DNA of 54,197 bases from a virus. Its lineage: Duplodnaviria > Caudoviricetes. A program made the position numbers and the translations under genes. Positions 45,329 to 53,188 of this stretch are shown one piece after another. Location: positions 1-54,197 of the IMG/VR virus record IMGVR_UViG_3300010160_000057. The stretch is one strand, 5' to 3'. Each line of letters opens with the position of its first letter. Within the stretch, counting starts at the first letter, position 1. Below the pieces are notes generated by a model. It had not been told where the DNA came from, ran no database searches, and was given only the letters and a program-made list of their open reading frames with translations.

Positions 45329-45796
45329 TTAAATTAAACTTTTATTTATTTTATTATGAATGTAAAAAAACAACACTATTAATAAAATAAAAATTAACCA
45401 CCAAAAATACATTGCGTAATTTGATTTCTTATCAATGTCTTTTTTAAATGCTTTTACGTTAGTATTTTTTTTTACCTCAACCTTAATAGAGGTCTTTTCA
45501 GCCACTTTTATTTTTGTGGTATCTACTAACACATTTTTTGTTTTTTTGTATCTTAGTTTAGCGTTTTTGTACGTTATTCCATTCACAACCATAGGTATTG
45601 TATCAGATACCGGACATATTTCTAATTCATCAGTATTAGTTGTAATACTAACGTGATTATCTTGAGTAGTAACTACGTCTTGTTTAATAACTGCAGTGCT
45701 ATCTACTTTTACTACTGAATCTACTTTATTTACGTTTACTTTTCTTGCAGCACAAGAAGATAGAATCAAAACAATTAATATTAATATCCTTTTCAT
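45329..45796 (-). CDS. putative unimolecular spanin
   Basis: Lipobox LSSC plus a C-terminal TM helix; follows endolysin and holin. Confidence 0.65.
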   Translation of the reverse strand: MKRILILIVLILSSCAARKVNVNKVDSVVKVDSTAVIKQDVVTTQDNHVSITTNTDELEICPVSDTIPMVVNGITYKNAKLRYKKTKNVLVDTTKIKVAEKTSIKVEVKKNTNVKAFKKDIDKKSNYAMYFWWLIFILLIVLFFYIHNKINKSLI

Positions 45797-46179
45797 TATT
45801 CAATTGTTAAAGTTATATTTTTTGCTAATTGCATTTTTTTAAATAATTTTTCAAAAGCCAATCTGCTATTGCCTATAAAATCATTTGAACGTGTAGTTCC
45901 TACTAAAATACAACCTTCTGTATCATGGTTGGTATTACCTGAATGTATTCTTACACCCTCAAAATTTGGAACATTAAGTAATATTGGTAATAACTTTTTA
46001 AATCTATTGCTTAAAGTTATTCCAACTATATAAGTACCTTTTGGTATTGCTGTCTCTGATTTGATTTTTACTTCACGTTCTACATCTTCTAATGTATAGC
46101 ATTCAAATTTACCATCAACATAAAGTTCTCCAATTGTAGAATGTTCTGTTTTGTGAAGTCTTTTAAGTGTAAGTTTCAT
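45796..46179 (-). CDS. putative endolysin (DUF5675-like peptidase)
   Basis: STIGEL, CYTLED, TAIP.G.Y, GVRIHSGN...DTEGCILVG. Confidence 0.7.
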   Translation of the reverse strand: MKLTLKRLHKTEHSTIGELYVDGKFECYTLEDVEREVKIKSETAIPKGTYIVGITLSNRFKKLLPILLNVPNFEGVRIHSGNTNHDTEGCILVGTTRSNDFIGNSRLAFEKLFKKMQLAKNITLTIE

Positions 46180-46610
46180 TATTGTAAATCTCCTATATCT
46201 GTTTTAATTTCTTTCGCTCTAAGAAATGCTTTTTTAAGTAATGCCCAAATATCTATTTTAAACGAAGCCTCTATATTTTCTTTAATTGATACTAACTCAA
46301 TAAAAATTAAAAGTATCGCACATATTTTTGTAAACATAAATTGGAATCCAAACCATTTAAAAATAAACTCATTCAATACAAACTTATCAATTACAAAAAG
46401 AAGTAAAATACATACTTCGTATAATGCCATTTTTGAAATAATATTAGAAAGTATGCGGCTTCTAATACTACACCAACCTCCTAATTTTATACTTTTAAAA
46501 ATACCCGTGAATGTATCAAGAGCTATAGCAGTACCAACCGCAATTAAAAGTCCATATATAGGAACGAATAAAAGGACTAAAGAAGATAATATGTATTTTA
46601 AGTATTTCAT
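46179..46610 (-). CDS. holin
   Basis: Multiple TM helices, D..TG..KS and E..SI.EN motifs; adjacent to the endolysin. Confidence 0.75.
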   Translation of the reverse strand: MKYLKYILSSLVLLFVPIYGLLIAVGTAIALDTFTGIFKSIKLGGWCSIRSRILSNIISKMALYEVCILLLFVIDKFVLNEFIFKWFGFQFMFTKICAILLIFIELVSIKENIEASFKIDIWALLKKAFLRAKEIKTDIGDLQ

Positions 46611-46744
46611 TATCTTCCTTGTCCTTTATAAGTTTTAACGTAGTTCTTACTTGACTTTAATTTACTCGTTTTAGTTTTTGCTGCTACTCCTGTTTTTTTA
46701 GGTTTAGGTTGATAAGCACTCTCTTGTATTTTAACCTTTGCCAT
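46610..46744 (-). CDS. small basic protein (44 aa)
   Basis: Read manually: MAKVKIQ...KNYVKTYKGQGR; TAATG coupling to the holin. Confidence 0.65.
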   Translation of the reverse strand: MAKVKIQESAYQPKPKKTGVAAKTKTSKLKSSKNYVKTYKGQGR

Positions 46745-46745
46745 T

Positions 46746-47234
46746 TTACCACATTGCGTTTACAAGAGTTGCTGTTGTTCCTGTTGCTCTAAGTTTTAAA
46801 ACTTGAATTGGAAGAGTAGTTCCTGCAGGTACACCATTAAATGTAATTTGGTCACCTCCTATTGTTATAACTGATACATTTCCTGTTCCTCCAATATATA
46901 AAAAAGCACCTGTATTTCCTAATCCTGCTTGAGCAGATGCTGAATAAACAATATAAGTTTGCGCTGTAGAAGTAAAAATATCAGCATTTAATGTAAGTTG
47001 AGTTTCACTATCCACACTAACAACAGTTGCTGAAGTAGATGCAGTATCATTATGAACTATATCTCCCGGAAAAACAGGATTAGTTATAAATGTTGCAGCA
47101 GAGTTTATTAATTTTAATGCTGTAGCAGTAGTATTTGTACCTGTTGAATTAACAGCACCGGGATATGCAAGGTTTGCATTATCTGAAGGATGTGCTCTAT
47201 TTACTCTTGTAAATGTTGTTTTAAATACTGACAT
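46746..47234 (-). CDS. putative virion structural protein
   Basis: LYIGGTGNV.V...F.GVPAGT.LPIQV....ATGTTAT. Confidence 0.6.
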   Translation of the reverse strand: MSVFKTTFTRVNRAHPSDNANLAYPGAVNSTGTNTTATALKLINSAATFITNPVFPGDIVHNDTASTSATVVSVDSETQLTLNADIFTSTAQTYIVYSASAQAGLGNTGAFLYIGGTGNVSVITIGGDQITFNGVPAGTTLPIQVLKLRATGTTATLVNAMW

Positions 47235-47239
47235 AGTTT

Positions 47240-47413
47240 TTAATTTTTATAAAATGTTTTGTTTATTAACAAATCAGGGTTGTTAAGATTTTCTTTTCTT
47301 TTATTACAACCACATTCTTTTCCTGTAGCTTGTGAAACTTTTTCAACTACTTTTTTAATTCCTGTAGCTGCAGTAATTTTTTCGATTGTGTCTCCTAATC
47401 CTTTTGATTTCAT
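47240..47413 (-). CDS. small protein MKSKGLGDTIEK...CGC (57 aa)
   Basis: Read manually; fills the gap; GLGDT..K.T.ATGIK...CGC..RK motif familiar from related phages. Confidence 0.7.
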   Translation of the reverse strand: MKSKGLGDTIEKITAATGIKKVVEKVSQATGKECGCNKRKENLNNPDLLINKTFYKN

Positions 47414-47425
47414 TGTGTAAAGATA

Positions 47426-47641
47426 TTAAATTTTATTAGATTTTATTTTTTTGACGTTGCCTTTTAAATAAGACATTTTCCCATTAAGGGAACTTTTTGA
47501 TTCGTACTGTTTTGCCTTATCAGTTATTTTCTTTTCTTGTTTAATCATCTCTGTTGTTGGTTTTTTACCTGAACCTTTAGATGCTCTGATATTATTCCAC
47601 AAAGAATTTTTAACTCCGAGTTTATTTAACTTTTCTTTCAT
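47426..47641 (-). CDS. small basic hypothetical protein
   Basis: ORF track. Confidence 0.55.
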   Translation of the reverse strand: MKEKLNKLGVKNSLWNNIRASKGSGKKPTTEMIKQEKKITDKAKQYESKSSLNGKMSYLKGNVKKIKSNKI

Positions 47642-47931
47642 CAGTATTTTCCTTTACGATTTTTTGGGTTTGGTGTTGTTGAACCCCCCGATCCTGCCCA
47701 TAAATTTTTACAAGCCCAATACCTTGGAGTTAGTTTGTCATTAGCTGTATCACAACTATGTCTTGCCTTAAAACTTCTTCGAGCAGCAGGAGAATAATTA
47801 TTTCCATAACCCTTTGCTCCAAAATGGAGAAGTTTTTCCTCTCCATTGGAACAAGCTTTTACCATCTTCTTCTTTCCGGGTCTATCGGAAGGAACAGGAT
47901 GATTACACTTCATATTTGCTTTATCAGCCAT
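47641..47931 (-). CDS. basic Cys/His-containing hypothetical protein
   Basis: HFGAKGY...RSFKARH.C...RYWAC. Confidence 0.7.
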   Translation of the reverse strand: MADKANMKCNHPVPSDRPGKKKMVKACSNGEEKLLHFGAKGYGNNYSPAARRSFKARHSCDTANDKLTPRYWACKNLWAGSGGSTTPNPKNRKGKY

Positions 47932-47934
47932 TGA

Positions 47935-48075
47935 TTATGAAAAAAAATCTCTACTTGGATGTCCTGCTTGAGGAACAACTACTTCAGCTTCAACTTTCTC
48001 AACTTCAACTGTTTCAGGAGTAACTACTTCAGGAGCTACAACTTCAACATCTACTGTTTCTTTTGACTTTGCCAT
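47935..48075 (-). CDS. small acidic V/E/P-rich protein (46 aa)
   Basis: Read manually: MAKSKETVDVEVVAPEVVTPE...GHPSRDFFS. Confidence 0.6.
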   Translation of the reverse strand: MAKSKETVDVEVVAPEVVTPETVEVEKVEAEVVVPQAGHPSRDFFS

Positions 48076-48094
48076 TTTAATTCTATTTTAAAAA

Positions 48095-48286
48095 TTAACA
48101 ATAAGGATTTTTCTTTTTCAATCCTGTTCCTGATGCAGCAGTTAGAACTCTTTTAGAAGTTCCTTTGCTACCACCTTTCATACCACCATGTTCTTGAATC
48201 AATCCGTTAGTTCCATTAGAACTCGTGCTTGGTCCTTGTAAACGAGATGAACCCGGTAAGTTTGGAGTGTCTTTAATTTTACCCAT
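48095..48286 (-). CDS. small protein with DTPNLPGSSRL N-terminal motif
   Basis: ORF track. Confidence 0.65.
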   Translation of the reverse strand: MGKIKDTPNLPGSSRLQGPSTSSNGTNGLIQEHGGMKGGSKGTSKRVLTAASGTGLKKKNPYC

Positions 48287-48450
48287 TATTTCTTTTTGAT
48301 TACAGTTTTAACAATTCCTTTTAATGCTCCTGTAACCGCTCCTTTAGCAGCTCCTTTTAGTGCATTTTTAATAGCAGGTTTTGCTGCTGCTGTTGGTGCT
48401 TTCAATTTTGATGAAGCAGGTAAATTCGGTGTTGATTTTGCTTTTGCCAT
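48286..48450 (-). CDS. small cationic protein with STPNLPASSKL motif (54 aa)
   Basis: Read manually: MAKAKSTPNLPASSKLKAPTAAAKPAIKNALKGAAKGAVTGALKGIVKTVIKKK; TAATG-coupled. Confidence 0.7.
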   Translation of the reverse strand: MAKAKSTPNLPASSKLKAPTAAAKPAIKNALKGAAKGAVTGALKGIVKTVIKKK

Positions 48451-48476
48451 TTTGTTTGTATTTGTGTTAGTAATTA

Positions 48477-48731
48477 TTATTCTTTTTCTCTTCCTGTTGA
48501 GTTTCTAAAAGAAGCCAATCCATATAAGCTTCCTCCTGCTATATCTTTTTTTTCTCTACTTCTAGCTATTCTTGCTTCATTAAGTTTTGCACGAGTCTCC
48601 TTCATTGAAGCTGTTCTTTCAGCTTGTCTTTTATTTATATCAGCTAATGCTGATTTCAAATCGTTAACCGGTGCTTCAACATCAGGACTATCTGCTAAAG
48701 GAGTATCCTTTCTTTCTTGTTTTTTTGCCAT
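48477..48731 (-). CDS. tag-bearing small protein 5 (RKDTPLADSPD)
   Basis: ORF track; shared N-terminal motif. Confidence 0.7.
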   Translation of the reverse strand: MAKKQERKDTPLADSPDVEAPVNDLKSALADINKRQAERTASMKETRAKLNEARIARSREKKDIAGGSLYGLASFRNSTGREKE

Positions 48732-48737
48732 GTCTTA

Positions 48738-49082
48738 TTAGTTTGATTTCATACAAGCTCCTCCTTTACAAGGAGATTTAGGTCCGTTATCACCTGCAAA
48801 GAAAGTTCTTTCTCCTTTAGGTTCCTTAGCTTTATAAGAATTTTCTTTTGTTCTTTGGTCAAATTTATTATACCACTGCTCAAAAGAATCCCCTTTTTGT
48901 TTTTCTTTTGATTCATCATAAGATTTCTTATAGATAATCTTTCTTTTCTCAGTTTTTATTGAGTCAATTTTTTGTCTTGGAGTAAGAACAACCTTTGGTT
49001 TAATTGTATCATTAACCGCCATGAATCTTGGTTCAGGGGTTGCAGCTAATGGAGTGTCGGGTCTTTTTTGATTGATTGCCAT
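48738..49082 (-). CDS. tag-bearing small protein 4 (RPDTPLAATPEP)
   Basis: ORF track; shared N-terminal motif. Confidence 0.75.
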   Translation of the reverse strand: MAINQKRPDTPLAATPEPRFMAVNDTIKPKVVLTPRQKIDSIKTEKRKIIYKKSYDESKEKQKGDSFEQWYNKFDQRTKENSYKAKEPKGERTFFAGDNGPKSPCKGGACMKSN

Positions 49083-49084
49083 AA

Positions 49085-49525
49085 TTATGATATATTTGCT
49101 TTTCTTAATTTTAATAAATCTTTTTTATCAGATGCTGTTAAGTTTTTCTTACTTCCTGATGTTACGTTATAATAATTTGCATTATTATTTCTACGTTGCA
49201 TAGTATCTGTACTATCTCTAACATACTCTTTTCTCAAATCCTCTCTACTTTTCTGAGAACCTGTAACAGATTTTTTAACTGTTTTATTTCCTGAATCCAC
49301 AATTAAAGCATCGCTTCTATTTTTATCTGCCGGAATAAATCTTTTCTCATAAGGCTTAGCCGTAGCTTTACCATCTGACACATTTAATCCCGCAGGAACT
49401 TTTCCTCCCTTTTCGTTTTTAGCTTGATTAGTCTGTACCTTCTCATATCTTGACGTAAAAGAAAAGTTAGGAGTAGGTGTTTCAGCTAAAGGAGTGTCGG
49501 GTCTTTTAATTATTTTATCAGCCAT
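49085..49525 (-). CDS. tag-bearing small protein 3 (RPDTPLAETPTP)
   Basis: ORF track; shared N-terminal motif. Confidence 0.75.
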   Translation of the reverse strand: MADKIIKRPDTPLAETPTPNFSFTSRYEKVQTNQAKNEKGGKVPAGLNVSDGKATAKPYEKRFIPADKNRSDALIVDSGNKTVKKSVTGSQKSREDLRKEYVRDSTDTMQRRNNNANYYNVTSGSKKNLTASDKKDLLKLRKANIS

Positions 49526-49527
49526 TT

Positions 49528-49737
49528 TTATTGTTGTTGTTGGTTATTAGACGGAGCAGGTGCTGCAGGCTGTGGCATACTTTCTTTTGAAAGCTTTCCT
49601 ATTTGTTGAATAGCTGCATCAGCTGTAGCTTGATATTTAGTAATAGGCTGTGCCGGTGCTTGACCCATAGGTTGTAATCCTGAGCTAACAGGTTGCGGTT
49701 CCGGTGTATTCGCTAATGGTGTATCAGGTCTTTGCAT
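49528..49737 (-). CDS. tag-bearing small protein 2 (RPDTPLANTPEP)
   Basis: ORF track; shared N-terminal motif; P/Q-rich. Confidence 0.75.
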   Translation of the reverse strand: MQRPDTPLANTPEPQPVSSGLQPMGQAPAQPITKYQATADAAIQQIGKLSKESMPQPAAPAPSNNQQQQ

Positions 49738-49739
49738 TG

Positions 49740-50027
49740 TTATTTTATTTTATATCCGTTTTTATCATAACCGATTTTTCCTTTATCAGATTGTCTAAGT
49801 TGATTTGAAATTGCTTTGTTTTTTTCAGAAACTAAATTTCTCATCTCTTGACTTTTTTTATTATCATTCTTATCGTTAGAAATAAATCTTGGAAGATTTG
49901 GTATTACTTTTTTTATTTTTTCATTTACCTCTTTAACTTTATTTCTAAAATATACTGTACTATCTTTAGGGATAGGTGTTTCCGCTAATGGGGTATCAGG
50001 TCTGCTTATTTTTTTAGGTTGTAACAT
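49740..50027 (-). CDS. tag-bearing small protein 1 (RPDTPLAETPIP)
   Basis: ORF track; shared N-terminal motif. Confidence 0.75.
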   Translation of the reverse strand: MLQPKKISRPDTPLAETPIPKDSTVYFRNKVKEVNEKIKKVIPNLPRFISNDKNDNKKSQEMRNLVSEKNKAISNQLRQSDKGKIGYDKNGYKIK

Positions 50028-50048
50028 TGTTATATCTATTTTAATTGA

Positions 50049-50067
50049 TAACTTTGTAGCAAATGTA
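50049..50067. promoter_or_regulatory. two overlapping, oppositely oriented -7 promoter elements
   Basis: TAACTTTG (+, 50049-56) and TACATTTG (-, 50060-67). Confidence 0.65.
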
Positions 50068-50082
50068 GTAAATTTATTTTAA

Positions 50083-50526
50083 ATGAAATCAAATCAAGAC
50101 GATTATCTAAAATATTGGAGAGTCATTCGCCAATTCGTAAAAATCAAATATGGACTAACACAGTCAGACCTTGACATCCTATTGTTCTTATACTCTGAGA
50201 AGTATTTTGATAGAGGAAAGTTTGAAGAGTTTGACAACCTTCTAGGGTGGGATAAACAAAGATTTGAGAACTTAAGACAAGCCGATTGGATTGTTGTCTT
50301 TAGAAAAAGAATGGGAGCTAGAAAAGCTATATACCAATTATCAATCAAGTCAGTTCGTATGATTCAATCTATATATAGAAAACTAAGCGGGGAAGAAATC
50401 CCCGTTAGTAGTTCTAATAATAAAATGTTTGCTAAGAACGTATCTTACTCAGATAAAGTCTATCGCAATATGATTATCGAGATGAATAAACTTATAAAAC
50501 AACAACGACATCAGACTCGCGAATAA
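50083..50526 (+). CDS. putative winged-helix (MarR-like) DNA-binding protein
   Basis: YGLTQSDLDILLFL...L...WI......YQLS pattern; the only convincing + strand gene in this arm. Confidence 0.6.
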   Translation: MKSNQDDYLKYWRVIRQFVKIKYGLTQSDLDILLFLYSEKYFDRGKFEEFDNLLGWDKQRFENLRQADWIVVFRKRMGARKAIYQLSIKSVRMIQSIYRKLSGEEIPVSSSNNKMFAKNVSYSDKVYRNMIIEMNKLIKQQRHQTRE

Positions 50527-50749
50527 TAGTATATTGCTTGTCCTCAATTAGCATTGTAAATCCGTGTGCTTTATCATAGTAAATGTCATCATCCTTTTTG
50601 ATATGAGGCACCTCTGTACCCGATTCAATTACTATTCCACGTTTGTATCTCATTTGGTTAACATCTTCTCCCGATAATATTAATCCTGATTCTGTTTTCA
50701 ATTCTTCATCAATTGTTTTGATGACAATGTATTTACCTATTGGTTTCAT
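50492..50749 (-). CDS. groES: co-chaperonin GroES
   Basis: MKPIG..IVI...E.KTESGLIL...G.V...G...I...D.I....IRESDVV. Confidence 0.85.
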   Translation of the reverse strand: MKPIGKYIVIKTIDEELKTESGLILSGEDVNQMRYKRGIVIESGTEVPHIKKDDDIYYDKAHGFTMLIEDKQYTIIRESDVVVVL

Positions 50750-51230
50750 CTGTTTTTCTTTTTATATTTTTTGCTCTAAAATTATCTGTTTGTGAGTGGC
50801 AATTGGGACATAGTACTTGTAAGTTTGAAGACTCATTATTGTTATTAACTCCATCAATATGATGAACCTCAAGAGTAATTGGTTCTCCCAACCAATCTGA
50901 AAGATTGCAAATTTCACATTTGTACTCTGCTTTTTTTAACATTATTTTTCTTAAGGTTTGAATATGAAGCTTCTCTCCGTTCAAATACTTTTGGTTTGTT
51001 TTTCTATCCCAAGTATCTTTACTCTTTTGCTTCTTTGTTGGTGAATTGTTTAAAATAAAAAAGTCAACACTATCCATTACACCTTTCTTCCAATTACTAA
51101 TAGCCTTCTTACTTATCTTGTCTTTAGAATCTGAAGTATGTGGTCTCCCATTTCTACAAGCCAAACTACAAAAGTTTATTAAACCTTTTTGAACTTCAAA
51201 CGAACTGTTGCATTTTTTACAAAGCTTCAT
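50733..51230 (-). CDS. HNH homing-type endonuclease
   Basis: CEIC, LEVHHIDG...NN...NLQVLCPNCH; N-terminal zinc finger and NUMOD3-like H...SK.KIS; start moved to 51230. Confidence 0.85.
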   Translation of the reverse strand: MKLCKKCNSSFEVQKGLINFCSLACRNGRPHTSDSKDKISKKAISNWKKGVMDSVDFFILNNSPTKKQKSKDTWDRKTNQKYLNGEKLHIQTLRKIMLKKAEYKCEICNLSDWLGEPITLEVHHIDGVNNNNESSNLQVLCPNCHSQTDNFRAKNIKRKTDETNR

Positions 51231-51354
51231 TAAATCTTTTTTTAATTTTATCAATTACTACTTTAACCTCAGCAGCTCTCTCGTAATTTTTTTCAATAAT
51301 ATGCTTTGCCTTTAATTTTTCTAAAGATTCTAATATTTTGTCAATAGTGTCCAT
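51217..51354 (-). CDS. UVR (UvrB/UvrC-like) coiled-coil microprotein (45 aa)
   Basis: Read manually: MDTIDKILESLEKLKAKHIIEKNYERAAEVKVVIDKIKKRFNEAL. Confidence 0.55.
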   Translation of the reverse strand: MDTIDKILESLEKLKAKHIIEKNYERAAEVKVVIDKIKKRFNEAL

Positions 51355-51358
51355 TGTT

Positions 51359-51571
51359 TTATTTTTTAGATTCATCTTTCCAATTCAGCCAAAAACCAAT
51401 TGCAACAATTATGTTCATTCCCATTGATGCCACTATCTCATAAATGTCCTCATAAATATTTAAACTTAGGTGAACGTGACCTACCACCCAAAATGGTATT
51501 GATAGGTTACACGCCACCCATATTATTGTAAATCTTACAAATTGTTTAAACTTGTGGCTCTTCGTGTCCAT
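51359..51571 (-). CDS. small two-TM membrane protein
   Basis: Two hydrophobic segments; directly after groEL. Confidence 0.6.
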   Translation of the reverse strand: MDTKSHKFKQFVRFTIIWVACNLSIPFWVVGHVHLSLNIYEDIYEIVASMGMNIIVAIGFWLNWKDESKK

Positions 51572-53162
51572 AACTACGTGCCATTGTTACTATAGCGTTC
51601 GTACTTAGAATTGTTACCGCAACTGATATTGCATTTTGTAATGCAGACCTTGTAACTTTCAGCGGGTCAATAACACCCATCTTAATTAAGTCACCGTACT
51701 TACCTGTCTTAAGATTATAACCTTCGCCATTAATCAATGACCCTTGGTAGATGTCCTCTACTTTCAATCCTGCGTTAGTTAAGATTTGGATAAGAGGTGC
51801 CTGTAATGCTTCACCAAGAATTTTAATAGCAGCTAAGTGCTCTTTACTTACTGACTCAATACCTAAGAAGCTTTCCTCAAACAATGCTTTACCTGCACCC
51901 GGTAAGATGCCTTCCTCTAATGCTGAACGTACTGCACATACAGCGTCATCTACTCTGTCATACAATTCTTTCTGCTCTAAGTCAGTTTGTCCGCCCACAA
52001 AAATCACGCCAATTCCTCCTGTTAATGAAGCAATTCTCTCCAATAAAAAGTCTTTATCACCTTTCTTATTTGCATTTTTATGCGCCTCCCATAACTGAGC
52101 TACTCTCTCATCAACAACAGCTTGATTGGTACGTGCATCTGACTTAATAATTACAGTCTTGTCTTTACTTACAATTACTTTAGAAGCGTGTCCTAAATCA
52201 CCGAAGTTCATAATACTTAAATCATCACCGGTCTTCTCACTAAAATAAGTAGCACCTACACTAACTGCAATGTCATGCATCAACTCGTGTTGCTTGTATC
52301 CAAAACTTGGAGGAGCAACAGCACATATCTTTACACTACCTTTCATTACATTCGCTGCCAATGTGTTTATCACATTTACATTACAAGGAGAGATAATTAA
52401 TAACTTCTTCCCCTCTGTAATAATTGGTTTCAATATGTTCTCAATCTGCAAAATGTTTGCAATCTCCATATCAGCTACCAATACCATCACATCTTCAAGA
52501 ACACACTCGTCTTTCTTTTGGTCATTGATAAACATAGGACTTAAATACCCTCTGTCGAATTTCAATCCCATAGTGGTCTCTGCATAAGTCTCATCGTTCT
52601 GACTCTTTTCCACCGTTACAATACCATTCTTTCCAACGTCTTTGTAAACCTCAGCGATAATCTTCCCTGTCTCACGGTCATTGTTAGCCGATATAGTAGC
52701 TACATCTGATAACATACCAATTGATACCTTCTTGCTACGTCTTCGTAGCTTGTCAACTACCTTATCACTCAAATCATTTAAGTGTCTTAACACCTCTGTT
52801 CTATTCAAGTCCTCAGTTATGTGAACTAATCCACCTAACACTAAAGCCTCAGTAAGAACAATAGCAGTTGTTGTACCATCACCCGCAGATGAAGCGGTAC
52901 GCTCAGCAGCTTCCTTCATCATCTTAACAGCAAGGTTCTCAGAAGGGTCAAATAAGTCAATTGATTTGGCAACAGTTACACCATCTTTAGTAACAGTGAT
53001 ACCATGAGTATGGTTTGGACTTTCAATAAGTACAGTATTCCCTCCGGGACCTAATGTACTCTTAACAGCTTTGGACATTTTAATAACGCCACTTACTAAT
53101 TTTTTCCTACCATTGTCACCAAAGAACAAATCTTTAGGAGAATAACCTTGATTTTCTAACAT
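51546..53162 (-). CDS. groEL: chaperonin GroEL
   Basis: AVKSTLGPGG, TKDGVTVAK, AGDGTTTA, FDRGYLSP, RVDDA, GVIDP.KVTRSAL; no GGM tail. Confidence 0.95.
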   Translation of the reverse strand: MLENQGYSPKDLFFGDNGRKKLVSGVIKMSKAVKSTLGPGGNTVLIESPNHTHGITVTKDGVTVAKSIDLFDPSENLAVKMMKEAAERTASSAGDGTTTAIVLTEALVLGGLVHITEDLNRTEVLRHLNDLSDKVVDKLRRRSKKVSIGMLSDVATISANNDRETGKIIAEVYKDVGKNGIVTVEKSQNDETYAETTMGLKFDRGYLSPMFINDQKKDECVLEDVMVLVADMEIANILQIENILKPIITEGKKLLIISPCNVNVINTLAANVMKGSVKICAVAPPSFGYKQHELMHDIAVSVGATYFSEKTGDDLSIMNFGDLGHASKVIVSKDKTVIIKSDARTNQAVVDERVAQLWEAHKNANKKGDKDFLLERIASLTGGIGVIFVGGQTDLEQKELYDRVDDAVCAVRSALEEGILPGAGKALFEESFLGIESVSKEHLAAIKILGEALQAPLIQILTNAGLKVEDIYQGSLINGEGYNLKTGKYGDLIKMGVIDPLKVTRSALQNAISVAVTILSTNAIVTMARSYGHEEPQV

Positions 53163-53188
53163 TTGATTTAATTTTTAATTATTATGTG

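Noticed and set aside
48296-48508. + strand 70-aa ORF from the track
   Set aside because: Antisense shadow of the - strand gene 48286..48450, which is coupled to its neighbour and carries the shared motif
1396-52587. Numerous short antisense or nested ORFs in the track (e.g. 1396, 5328, 6759, 17410, 41968, 46141, 51751)
   Set aside because: They overlap well-supported genes on the opposite strand or frame and have no recognisable motifs
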